The notes under the pieces were generated by a model that worked only from the letters and a program-made list of their open reading frames with translations, did no database searches and was not told where the DNA came from. This document shows positions 36,337 through 45,402 of a DNA stretch of 64,000 nucleotides, piece by piece (the first letter of the stretch is position 1; each line of letters begins with the position of its first letter). Where the stretch lies: positions 4,064,001 to 4,128,000 of the forward strand of contig OZ223236.1 of NCBI GenBank assembly GCA_965140445.1. Reading direction: 5' to 3'. Position numbers and translations under genes: made by a program. Source of the DNA: Candidatus Ozemobacteraceae bacterium. GTDB lineage: Bacteria; Muiribacteriota; Ozemobacteria; Ozemobacterales; Ozemobacteraceae.

Positions 36337-37476
36337 ATGACTATACATCAAAAAGCTAATTTGAGATTGGATAACTTCCAACCAATCAAGCTCCAAAACT
36401 TTAACTTTGATTTACAACTGTTCGCAGGCGAAAAAACAGAGCCAGCAACAGAAAAGAAGCGCCAGGAAGCAATCCAGAAAGGCAACGTTCCTAAATCTCA
36501 GGATCTTGGTTCTGTTGTTATACTTCTGGCAAGTTTTTTAACCTTAAGGTATTACGGCCCGGAACTATATGGCATATGTGGCGAATACATGAGATACACA
36601 TTGGGAAATGCAATTTTCACCACTCTCAACTTGACCAACACCATAGTCATAATGAACCAACTGATCGTTACTCTAACTAAAATTCTGGCTCCTTTTTTTG
36701 CAGTTGTAGCATTATCAGCGATTGCAGCAAACATGATACAAACTGGATTTTTATTCAGATTCGAACCTCTCACACCCGACCTTGACCGATTAAACCCAAT
36801 TTCCGGTCTTCAGAACGTGTTTTCATGGAAACTGGTTGCCGAGCTGGTCAAGTCAATCTTAAAAATCCTTATTGTGGCCTACATCCCCTATTCCACTCTA
36901 AGAGAGCAACTGCCGTTTATTATTAGATTTATCCAACTTGAGCCAATACCTGCAATTATACTTCTGCTAAAAATAATCTTTTACATGGCCATTAAAATAA
37001 TTTTGGTTCTCCTGGCTCTAGCTATTGGCGATTGGGCTTTTCAAAAATGGAGATATGAAGAAAACCTGAAAATGTCAAAAGAAGATATAAAAGAAGAATA
37101 CAAACAGCGCGAAGGAGATCCCAAAATTAAGCAAAAAATTCGCGAAAGACAAAGGCAGGCATCTTCAAAACGAATGATGGATGAAGTTCCGCAAGCAACC
37201 GTTGTTGTTACAAATCCAACCCATATTGCCTGCGCCTTAAAATATGACAGAGATTCAGATGCAGCACCAGTTGTTGTTGCTATGGGAGCCGGGCTTATAG
37301 CGCAAAAAATCAAAGAGATAGCCAAAGAGCACGATGTGCCTATTTTAGAAAACAAACATCTTGCGCGTGCCCTCTATAAAATGGTAGAAATAGGAGATGA
37401 AATTCCAGCAGATTTATATGGTGCAGTGGTAGAAATCCTTGCACAGGTTTACCGTATGAAAGGTAAAACCGCGTAA
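36337..37476 (+). CDS. flhB: Flagellar export switch protein
   Basis: EKTEPATEKKR, LKMSKEDIKEEYKQREGDP, autocleavage NPTH. Confidence 0.97.
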   Translation: MTIHQKANLRLDNFQPIKLQNFNFDLQLFAGEKTEPATEKKRQEAIQKGNVPKSQDLGSVVILLASFLTLRYYGPELYGICGEYMRYTLGNAIFTTLNLTNTIVIMNQLIVTLTKILAPFFAVVALSAIAANMIQTGFLFRFEPLTPDLDRLNPISGLQNVFSWKLVAELVKSILKILIVAYIPYSTLREQLPFIIRFIQLEPIPAIILLLKIIFYMAIKIILVLLALAIGDWAFQKWRYEENLKMSKEDIKEEYKQREGDPKIKQKIRERQRQASSKRMMDEVPQATVVVTNPTHIACALKYDRDSDAAPVVVAMGAGLIAQKIKEIAKEHDVPILENKHLARALYKMVEIGDEIPADLYGAVVEILAQVYRMKGKTA

Positions 37477-37516
37477 TAAAAGCTGCAAAGAGTTTGTGCA
37501 CAACATGGAGATTTAA

Positions 37517-39613
37517 ATGGCAGACGGCAATCCTTCAAATTCCCTAAATTTAGTGCCCTTTGCCGACGTTTTAAAAAGCAAGGACGTTGTTTTTGCTTTT
37601 GGCGTAGTATTAATCGTCATAATGATGGTTGTTCCGCTGCCTCCTTTTATTCTAAATCTCCTTTTAACTCTAAACATTGCTCTAGCCCTGACAATTCTTT
37701 TAGTATCTATATACAACAAAGAAGCACTTCAATTTTCTGCTTTTCCAAGCTTACTCCTTGTTTCAACCTTATTTCGATTGAGCATGAACGTAAGCACCAC
37801 AAGAATCATCCTTTCAGGTAAAGGTGCAACGATTGATATCGTAGAAGCCTTTGGCAACTTTGTTGTTGGTGGAAACTATGTGGTTGGATTTGTTGTATTC
37901 TTGATTCTGGTTTTAATTCAATTCATCGTTATCACCAAAGGTGCCGAACGTGTCGCCGAAGTTGCTGCCCGATTCACGCTTGACGCGATGCCGATCAAAG
38001 GAATGGCAATTGACGCAGATCTCAACGCAGGTGCAATTGACCAGGATGAAGCCACCCAAAGACGCCTCAACCTACAACGAGAAGCAGATTTTTATGGATC
38101 TATGGACGGTGCGAGTAAGTTTGTAAAAAACGATGCTATTGCCGGCATTATCATTACCATAATCAACCTTCTTGGGGGTCTGGTAATCGGAGTTTTTCAA
38201 CGCGGGGAATCAGCTGCAGATGCCCTTCAAGCCTATGCATTATTTACTGTCGGTGACGGACTTGTCACTCAGATTCCTGCACTCCTTATTGCTACTGCAA
38301 CTGGTATTGTTGTTACCAGGGCAAGCGCTGACTCAAGTCTTGGCGATCAAATCAGTGATCAATTGCTTTCCCATCCGAAGGTTCTCGGAATTGGCTCTGC
38401 AATGTTGGCCTTCCTCGGACTGATTCCCGGACTACCAAAAGTAAGCTTTCTCTTTCTATCTTTTGTATTTGGAAGTTTAGCCTACATCGTTGATAAAAAT
38501 CAGGAAGAAACAGCTCAAAAAGATATTGAAAGTAAAATAGCAGAAGAAGAAAGCGCCGCTTCCGGCCCAGAAGATGTATCTTCGCTTTTAAGCATTGACT
38601 CTCTTGAGCTTGAAATCGGGTATAATCTAATTCCACTTGTTGATGCGAATCAGGGAGGTGACCTGCTAAACAGAATCACCTTGATTCGAAGACAAATTGC
38701 ATTAGACCTTGGATTGGTAGTTCCTCCGATTAGAATTAGAGATAATATACAGCTACAGCCTTCTCGCTATGTTTTCAAAATTAAGGGTGTTGAATTTGAT
38801 ACCTATGAAATTATTCCAGATCAATTAATGGCCATGAATCCTGGAACTGCCACAGGCAAAATTAGCGGAATAGAGGTTACTGAACCTGCTTTTGGATTGC
38901 CTGCGATATGGATACAAGGTTCCTTACGGGAACGAGCTGAGATGTCAGGATATACAGTGGTTGATCCATCAACCGTTATAGCAACACATCTAACTGAAAT
39001 TATTCGCAGAAACTCTCATGAAATTCTTGGTCGCGAAGAGTTGAAAACTCTTATCGATACTGTCTCTCAAAACAGCCCTCTTCTTGTTCAGGAAGTTGTT
39101 CCAAATGTTGTGAGCAACTCCATGCTTTTAAAGGTTTTGCAAAACCTTTTGAGAGAGAATGTTTCCATTCGCAATATGGCTTCAATACTTGAAGCTCTCG
39201 CCGACTGCAAAGGAATTGGAGAAGTGGACACTTTAACAGAAATAGCCCGTCAGGGCTTGGCAAGGCATATTTGCAAAGCCCTTCTTGATGAAAATAATAT
39301 GCTCAAAGTAATCTCTCTAGACCCTCAACTTGAGCAAAGTCTTGCCAATGCACTCCAAAAGATAGACGGATCTGTTCAACTTGCAATTGATCCAGATTCA
39401 GCAAATAAGTTACTAGAAGCAATGCGCAGTAAATTTGAAGAAGTCATGCAGGAAGGGATTTCTCCAATTTTACTTTGTTCTAGCGCCCTGCGATTAAGTC
39501 TAAAAAGACTTGCAGAGAGAATCGCTCCGCGCCTGACAGTAATTTCTTATAACGAATTACCAACAGAAGTTCACATTGAATCCGTTGGACTTATAAGATT
39601 CCCTCAGAAATAA
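37517..39613 (+). CDS. flhA: Flagellar export gate protein
   Basis: FPSLLLVSTLFRL, GAERVAEVAARFTLDAMP, FYGSMDGASKFVK, GDGLVTQIPAL. Confidence 0.97.
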   Translation: MADGNPSNSLNLVPFADVLKSKDVVFAFGVVLIVIMMVVPLPPFILNLLLTLNIALALTILLVSIYNKEALQFSAFPSLLLVSTLFRLSMNVSTTRIILSGKGATIDIVEAFGNFVVGGNYVVGFVVFLILVLIQFIVITKGAERVAEVAARFTLDAMPIKGMAIDADLNAGAIDQDEATQRRLNLQREADFYGSMDGASKFVKNDAIAGIIITIINLLGGLVIGVFQRGESAADALQAYALFTVGDGLVTQIPALLIATATGIVVTRASADSSLGDQISDQLLSHPKVLGIGSAMLAFLGLIPGLPKVSFLFLSFVFGSLAYIVDKNQEETAQKDIESKIAEEESAASGPEDVSSLLSIDSLELEIGYNLIPLVDANQGGDLLNRITLIRRQIALDLGLVVPPIRIRDNIQLQPSRYVFKIKGVEFDTYEIIPDQLMAMNPGTATGKISGIEVTEPAFGLPAIWIQGSLRERAEMSGYTVVDPSTVIATHLTEIIRRNSHEILGREELKTLIDTVSQNSPLLVQEVVPNVVSNSMLLKVLQNLLRENVSIRNMASILEALADCKGIGEVDTLTEIARQGLARHICKALLDENNMLKVISLDPQLEQSLANALQKIDGSVQLAIDPDSANKLLEAMRSKFEEVMQEGISPILLCSSALRLSLKRLAERIAPRLTVISYNELPTEVHIESVGLIRFPQK

Positions 39614-39619
39614 TAAACA

Positions 39620-40468
39620 ATGAATGACCAAGCCGCATCACTAAGACAACTCAAACAACTTGTTGATTCTGAAAGAATGGAATCCGCTCCCAAACCTCAA
39701 AACCTTGAGAGCTTTTTATCTGGAATAATACGACCATCTCCATTTTCAGCTATAGTTTTAATAGTTCCAGATTCTTTACCCTACGATTACCCTCTTTTAA
39801 AAGATTGGGCTCCAGCACTTTTACAGCACAATTCCAAAAGCTGCTTCTGGGATCAGGCGGGTTTAATTGCAACCGATTCAATTCCAAAAACTCAGATAAG
39901 CTTAAAATACCCCACTCCAGTTAAACTGGATACTGGTCTATCTCACCTGACAGTGCTCCCCAGAATCGATTCGCTAAACAAAACCAGCTCTATGGATGAT
40001 TCAACAAAAATTGAAATCCTTAGCCACCTTACAAGGTGTTTGAAGCCTTTTTCAGAAGTCTGGATCAGCCTAAAAGCCAGTGAGTTGAAAGAATGTCATC
40101 CAATTTTGCACGCTGCTGACGTTGCATGTGTAACAGTTCCATCTCATTCCGACTCAATTTTAAGATGCTACGAAACGGTAAAAACAATTCATTTGTCTGG
40201 ATATTTTTCACCCATAGGTTTATTGGAATTTTCACCTAAAACAGGCACAGCAAAAGAAGTTTCCGGGGAAAGAATAAAAATTGTTGCAAAACAATTTTTG
40301 GCTCTTGACCTTGTGCCTACTGGAATGGTACTTTCTAACAACACCTTTTCTCCACCCGAAACTGACAACAATCTTAGATCAAGATTATCGACGCTAGCGA
40401 CGGGTTCAAGAGATTTCTTATACTGTCTGGCAGAAGGCTTAGTCTATTTAATTCCAGGGATTTATTAA
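39620..40468 (+). CDS. Degenerate FlhG/MinD-like protein lacking Walker A but carrying the DQAxxLR motif
   Basis: Starts MNDQAASLRQL; AADVACVTVP...CYETVKTI...ERIKIVAKQFLALDLVPTG aligns by eye with the downstream FlhG; no GKGGVGKT. Confidence 0.6.
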   Translation: MNDQAASLRQLKQLVDSERMESAPKPQNLESFLSGIIRPSPFSAIVLIVPDSLPYDYPLLKDWAPALLQHNSKSCFWDQAGLIATDSIPKTQISLKYPTPVKLDTGLSHLTVLPRIDSLNKTSSMDDSTKIEILSHLTRCLKPFSEVWISLKASELKECHPILHAADVACVTVPSHSDSILRCYETVKTIHLSGYFSPIGLLEFSPKTGTAKEVSGERIKIVAKQFLALDLVPTGMVLSNNTFSPPETDNNLRSRLSTLATGSRDFLYCLAEGLVYLIPGIY

Positions 40469-40471
40469 TCA

Positions 40472-41413
40472 ATGTCTGAACCAATTATCAAACCGATTGA
40501 AGCAATAATTGCTGAAGCAAGAAAAAAGATTCAGCCATACGTCTTCAAACGCCTGGAATCAAGAACACCAAGACAAGCTGGCAAAAAAATCGCTAGAACA
40601 ATAACCGTAACCTCCGGAAAAGGAGGAGTCGGCAAAACAAGTTTAGTGGCAAATTTAGCAGTCTGCCTTGCACAGGCGGGGCAAAAAGTAATAATTCTGG
40701 ATGCCGATCTTGGCCTGGCTAATATTGATGTTGTTTTTGGCATTAGACCAAAACATAATCTAATGGACGTTGTTAACGGCAAAATGAACATCGATGAAGT
40801 AATGATTGCAGGCCCTTGTGGAATTCAAATTATTGCGGGAGGGTCTGGTGTTTCAGAGCTGGCACAGTTAGAACAAGAGAAAGCTGAAAGACTTTTCAAC
40901 CAATTAAAGTTCCTTGAGGACAAAACCGACTTTTTACTAATTGATACTGGAGCCGGAATAAGTGACAGTGTCATTTCATTTTGTCAGGCTGCAGACCAAA
41001 TTATTGTAATTACAACTCCAGAGCCCACGGCAATGGCAGATGCATACGGAATTATAAAAATTATCAGCACAAAACGCCCTGAAAGTTACGTTTCAATCTT
41101 AATTAATAGAGCTGATAGCCTGGAAGATGCTTCCTTTGTTCAGGATCGTTTATGCAAAGTTGCCGATGAATTTCTGGACTTTAAGCTGCATCCAATTGGT
41201 TCATTACCTCAAGATCGCCAAATGCACCTGGCGGTTCGGCAACAAACTCCGCTTTTGCTGTTTTCCCCAATGTCTCCGGCAGCAATTGAGATTAGAAAGC
41301 TTGTTTCATCTAATTTCCACGAACTACCGGATGAAATTCCGAACGATGGAATTACAGGCTTTTTATCTCGATTGACAGATTTTTTCAAAGGGGGTTCTGC
41401 AAAAAATATATGA
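40472..41413 (+). CDS. flhG: MinD/ParA family flagellar ATPase FlhG/FleN
   Basis: TSGKGGVGKT, DADLGLAN, DTGAGI, TPEPTAMADAY, C-terminal amphipathic GFLSRLTDFF. Confidence 0.92.
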   Translation: MSEPIIKPIEAIIAEARKKIQPYVFKRLESRTPRQAGKKIARTITVTSGKGGVGKTSLVANLAVCLAQAGQKVIILDADLGLANIDVVFGIRPKHNLMDVVNGKMNIDEVMIAGPCGIQIIAGGSGVSELAQLEQEKAERLFNQLKFLEDKTDFLLIDTGAGISDSVISFCQAADQIIVITTPEPTAMADAYGIIKIISTKRPESYVSILINRADSLEDASFVQDRLCKVADEFLDFKLHPIGSLPQDRQMHLAVRQQTPLLLFSPMSPAAIEIRKLVSSNFHELPDEIPNDGITGFLSRLTDFFKGGSAKNI

Positions 41414-42927
41414 AATTTCATAAAATTGAAGGCGAAACATTTTTTGAAGCCACGATTAAAGCAGAAAACCAATTTGGAAAAGGCAATTTTGAAGTTATTA
41501 CTTCCCAAAAAATTAGAAAATCAATCTATTGTGGCTTTGGCCACAAAGAAATGGTTGAGTTAACCATTGGTGTAAAACTTGACTCTCAAAGACTTGGCGG
41601 CATTTCTACAGAGGCCCCTACCCGACCATCTCCATCGATTGAAGTAAATTTAAACAGTACTGCAGAACGCCCCCATAATTATTCGCCATATTTAGTTGAA
41701 GAAATTCGCTCCGAACCTCAAATTAGTGTCCCGATCCCTCCCCCGCCTCTCAGGCACGAACGAAGCATTCCCCGCAACATAGGGTTAAAAGCTTATGGAG
41801 CTCAGGGTGGCGCAAAACCTCATTCAAATATGCGGGCAGTTCATGGCTTGAGAACGAATCAAGAAGGGACGTCATCCCCAAAATCCCAGAGAATTTCTAA
41901 CGATGGGATAGAGGCAGTCGAAATTGAATCATTCCTTGAAGGTCTTATAAATCTAAAGGAAACAAGAAAAAGACAAGACAAGATATTGAACTCTGCCAAA
42001 AATACCAAGCAACCATTAGCCATGGACACATTTGCAGAACAAAAATTACAGGCTTTAGAAAAGCAATTGAATGATGTCTTTAGCATGGTAAAACAGCTTA
42101 ACAGCACATCTGAAAAGGTGATTAACAAGTCTGTTCCCGAATTACCCGAAGGCATCATACGAATCAAAGAAAAATTACTTTCACTTGAAACTCCAACCGA
42201 AATTGCAAATCAGATAATCAGTTCAATTCAGGAACAGTTACCTTTGAACGCTTTAAAATATGGTGAAGAAGCTTGTCTGGCCACTTCAGAATGGCTCCAG
42301 GAAAGATTGAGATTTTCTCCCGAAATTAGTTTTCCAAAACAAGGCCCAAAAATCATTATGCTTATTGGGCCAACAGGCGTTGGCAAGACAACCACAATAG
42401 CTAAAATTGCTGCAACTTACGGGCTCGTAAAAAGAAAGTCCATAGCATTATTTACTCTTGATACATACAGAATCGGCGCGGCTGATCAGCTTGGCAACTA
42501 TGCTCAGATTATTGACGCTGAAATGGAAGTTATCTATAAACCAGATGAAGTTGCCCCCGCCTTAAAAAGGCATGCCGACAAAGATTTGATAATAATCGAT
42601 ACCGCTGGAAGATGTCAGAAAAACGTTTCAGAACTTGACGAGCTTGGCGCTTTTATGGAAAGATTTCCAAAACCAGAAAGATTTCTTGTTCTGTCTGCCA
42701 CTTCAAAATTCACAGACATGATGGATGTTGTAAACAGATTTGGAAAGCTTTGTTTTGAACATCTAATCTTTTCCAAAGTTGATGAAACCAATACTGTTGG
42801 ACCATTGCTAGCCGTTTTATACAAAACCGGTAAATCTCTAGCTTTTATAACTAACGGACAGGCTGTTCCAAATGACATTAAGCCTGCTGATTTCAAATTC
42901 TTTGGGAGTCATCTGCTACCATCATAG
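41410..42927 (+). CDS. flhF: Flagellar SRP-type GTPase
   Basis: GPTGVGKTTTIAK, DTYRIGA, DTAGR, SKVDET, NGQAVPNDI. Confidence 0.93.
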   Translation: MKFHKIEGETFFEATIKAENQFGKGNFEVITSQKIRKSIYCGFGHKEMVELTIGVKLDSQRLGGISTEAPTRPSPSIEVNLNSTAERPHNYSPYLVEEIRSEPQISVPIPPPPLRHERSIPRNIGLKAYGAQGGAKPHSNMRAVHGLRTNQEGTSSPKSQRISNDGIEAVEIESFLEGLINLKETRKRQDKILNSAKNTKQPLAMDTFAEQKLQALEKQLNDVFSMVKQLNSTSEKVINKSVPELPEGIIRIKEKLLSLETPTEIANQIISSIQEQLPLNALKYGEEACLATSEWLQERLRFSPEISFPKQGPKIIMLIGPTGVGKTTTIAKIAATYGLVKRKSIALFTLDTYRIGAADQLGNYAQIIDAEMEVIYKPDEVAPALKRHADKDLIIIDTAGRCQKNVSELDELGAFMERFPKPERFLVLSATSKFTDMMDVVNRFGKLCFEHLIFSKVDETNTVGPLLAVLYKTGKSLAFITNGQAVPNDIKPADFKFFGSHLLPS

Positions 42928-43083
42928 CGAAAGTTCTTAATTTGCACACACTAAAAAACAGCTACCAATCAGGAATAACTAATTTTTTTCAAATTAATTA
43001 CCCTTTTTCACTTGTTTTCCTGTATAATATCGTACTCAAAACAGTTAGTCGCTGTCTGAACCAAGTACATGCCGAGGCACTAG

Positions 43084-45342
43084 ATGGACATTGATCTATC
43101 GCAATATATGGGGATGTATGTCGATGGTTCGCGCGAGAACCTAGACATGATGGACAAGTTCCTGCTAGCGCTGGAACAGGATCCCACAAATCTTGAGGCC
43201 GTAGGAGAAATATTCCGAGCGGCCCACACCCTTAAGGGTATGTCTGCAACCATGGGTTTTGAAAAGGTTGCAGAGTTGACGCATGAAATGGAAAACATAC
43301 TTGATCAGTTGCGAAATCGCCATGTTCAAGTTACTCCAGCCGTTATTGACGTCCTTTTTGAAACATTTGACGTTCTTAGAGTATTGGTTAACGATAGTAT
43401 CGAAGCCACAGATTCTAAAGTAGACGTAGAACTTATCATAACCAAAATCAATGCAGCCGCCCAAGGGAAAGCAGCTCCAAAGCCTGAAGCTCAACAAGCT
43501 GTTGTTGAGGAAGCCCCGGCCGAAGTTGCCAGTCCCGAGAGCAATTTAGCAACGCTTCTTTCTGACTTTACAATAAACGAGTTTGAAACCCAGGTTCTGG
43601 AAGAAGCCAGCCAGCATGGCACCAAAATCTTTTTGATGATTGTGACTCTGGTTCCAGACTGTTTGTTAAAAGCTCCGAGAGCTTTTATGGTAGTTCGAAA
43701 TCTTGAAGAACTCTCCTGCGACATTATTAAGTCTGTCCCTGACACAAAAGATATTGAAGAGGAAAAATTTGATTTATCCTTTAAAATGGTTATCATCGGG
43801 GAATCTGACGAAAACGAAGTTAGAAATGCAATTGAATCAATTTCAGAAATTGATACGGTTGAGATTACCAGATTACAACCATCGGATTTTAATCAGGCAC
43901 CAGCAAAAATTACAGTTAAGGCACCTCCAGAGCAGCCACAGGCTCCTGTAAAGGCTGCCCCTCCTGTTCAAAACGTTGCTCCACAACCGGTAGCCCAAGC
44001 TCCAGCTAAGCCCGCCGCGCAAAAAGCACCAGCTCAGGCTCCTGCGGCACAACCGCCTGCTGCTCCACAAGCACCAAAGCCACCAGCCCCTCCGGCTCCA
44101 CCGGCACCACCCAAGAAGCCATCCCCTGCCAATCAAGCCAAGCAAACAGATCGCAGATCAAGTCAAACAGTCAGAGTTGATATGCGAAGGCTGGATGAGC
44201 TGATGAATCTTGTAGGTGAACTTGTAATCAATAGAACGCGACTACAGGATATTGGGGCGGCTCACAAACTAAAGGATTTAAATGAAACGCTTACTAGAGT
44301 AGACCAGATCAGTTCTTCTCTTCAAAATGTTGTTATGCAAGTAAGAATGGTTCCTATTGAGCAGGTTTTTGACAGATTCCCACGAATGGTAAGGGATCTT
44401 TCTAAAAAACTTAATAAGAAAATCAATCTTGTTGTTGAGGGCAAAGAAACTGAGATGGATAGGACCGTTATCGATGAGATTGGTGATCCAATGGTCCATC
44501 TAATCAGAAACTCTATTGATCATGGAATAGAATCCCCCGAAGAAAGGGTTTCAAAAGGCAAACCAGAAGCTGGCACAATTACTTTAGTCGCTCGCCACGA
44601 AGGTAACAATGTAATAATTGAAGTAAAAGATGATGGTAAGGGGGTAGATCCTTCTATCATTGGAAGATTAGCCGTTGAAAGAGGTCTTTTTACTTCAGAT
44701 CAAATAGCTCAAATCCCTCCAGAAGAAATTATAAAAATTATTTTCCTCCCCGGTTTCTCTACGGCTCAAGAAGTCAGCGATATTTCTGGGCGTGGAGTTG
44801 GGATGGATGCTGTTAAAGCTAAATTGGAAGATCTGAACGGTCAGTTGGATATCGAATCTAAAGTTGGCGAAGGCTCACGAATTATAATTAAGCTACCACT
44901 AACTCTGGCCATCCTTCCCGCGTTAATGGTTAAAGTTGGACCTGAAATGTTTGCAATTCCGCTAGGTTCTGTTCAAGAGACAATGGACATAACCAAACAT
45001 GACATAAATATTGTCCAGCATCAGGAAGTTACCTTATTGAGAGGCGATGTACTTCCTATCATAAGGTTGCGTAATGTTTTAAAGGTTCCGACCACCCCTG
45101 AAGAACAAAAAATTCTTGACGAAAAGGAAGAAGAAATCTCAATTGTTGTATGTTCTTCTGGAGAAAAAAGAGCTGGTTTTATGGTCGACGAGCTTCTTGG
45201 GCAACTCGAAATTGTTATTAAGTCGTTAGGAAATCTACTTGGCGGTTTACCAGGAATTATGGGAGCAACAATGCGCGGTGATGGTAGTATCGCTTTGATT
45301 CTGGATATTCCATCTTTCTTTGAGAAGGGACAAAAGCGGTAA
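43084..45342 (+). CDS. cheA: Chemotaxis histidine kinase (P1-P2-P3-P4-P5)
   Basis: FRAAHTLKGMS, LDELMNLVGELVI, HLIRNSIDHG, DDGKG, FLPGFSTA, SGRGVGMDAV, LPLTLAI. Confidence 0.97.
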   Translation: MDIDLSQYMGMYVDGSRENLDMMDKFLLALEQDPTNLEAVGEIFRAAHTLKGMSATMGFEKVAELTHEMENILDQLRNRHVQVTPAVIDVLFETFDVLRVLVNDSIEATDSKVDVELIITKINAAAQGKAAPKPEAQQAVVEEAPAEVASPESNLATLLSDFTINEFETQVLEEASQHGTKIFLMIVTLVPDCLLKAPRAFMVVRNLEELSCDIIKSVPDTKDIEEEKFDLSFKMVIIGESDENEVRNAIESISEIDTVEITRLQPSDFNQAPAKITVKAPPEQPQAPVKAAPPVQNVAPQPVAQAPAKPAAQKAPAQAPAAQPPAAPQAPKPPAPPAPPAPPKKPSPANQAKQTDRRSSQTVRVDMRRLDELMNLVGELVINRTRLQDIGAAHKLKDLNETLTRVDQISSSLQNVVMQVRMVPIEQVFDRFPRMVRDLSKKLNKKINLVVEGKETEMDRTVIDEIGDPMVHLIRNSIDHGIESPEERVSKGKPEAGTITLVARHEGNNVIIEVKDDGKGVDPSIIGRLAVERGLFTSDQIAQIPPEEIIKIIFLPGFSTAQEVSDISGRGVGMDAVKAKLEDLNGQLDIESKVGEGSRIIIKLPLTLAILPALMVKVGPEMFAIPLGSVQETMDITKHDINIVQHQEVTLLRGDVLPIIRLRNVLKVPTTPEEQKILDEKEEEISIVVCSSGEKRAGFMVDELLGQLEIVIKSLGNLLGGLPGIMGATMRGDGSIALILDIPSFFEKGQKR

Positions 45343-45402
45343 GCGCCAAAATATGAATAATTTTTCATCGGAAACTATTATCGTTTACAAGGAGGTTTTG
45401 GG

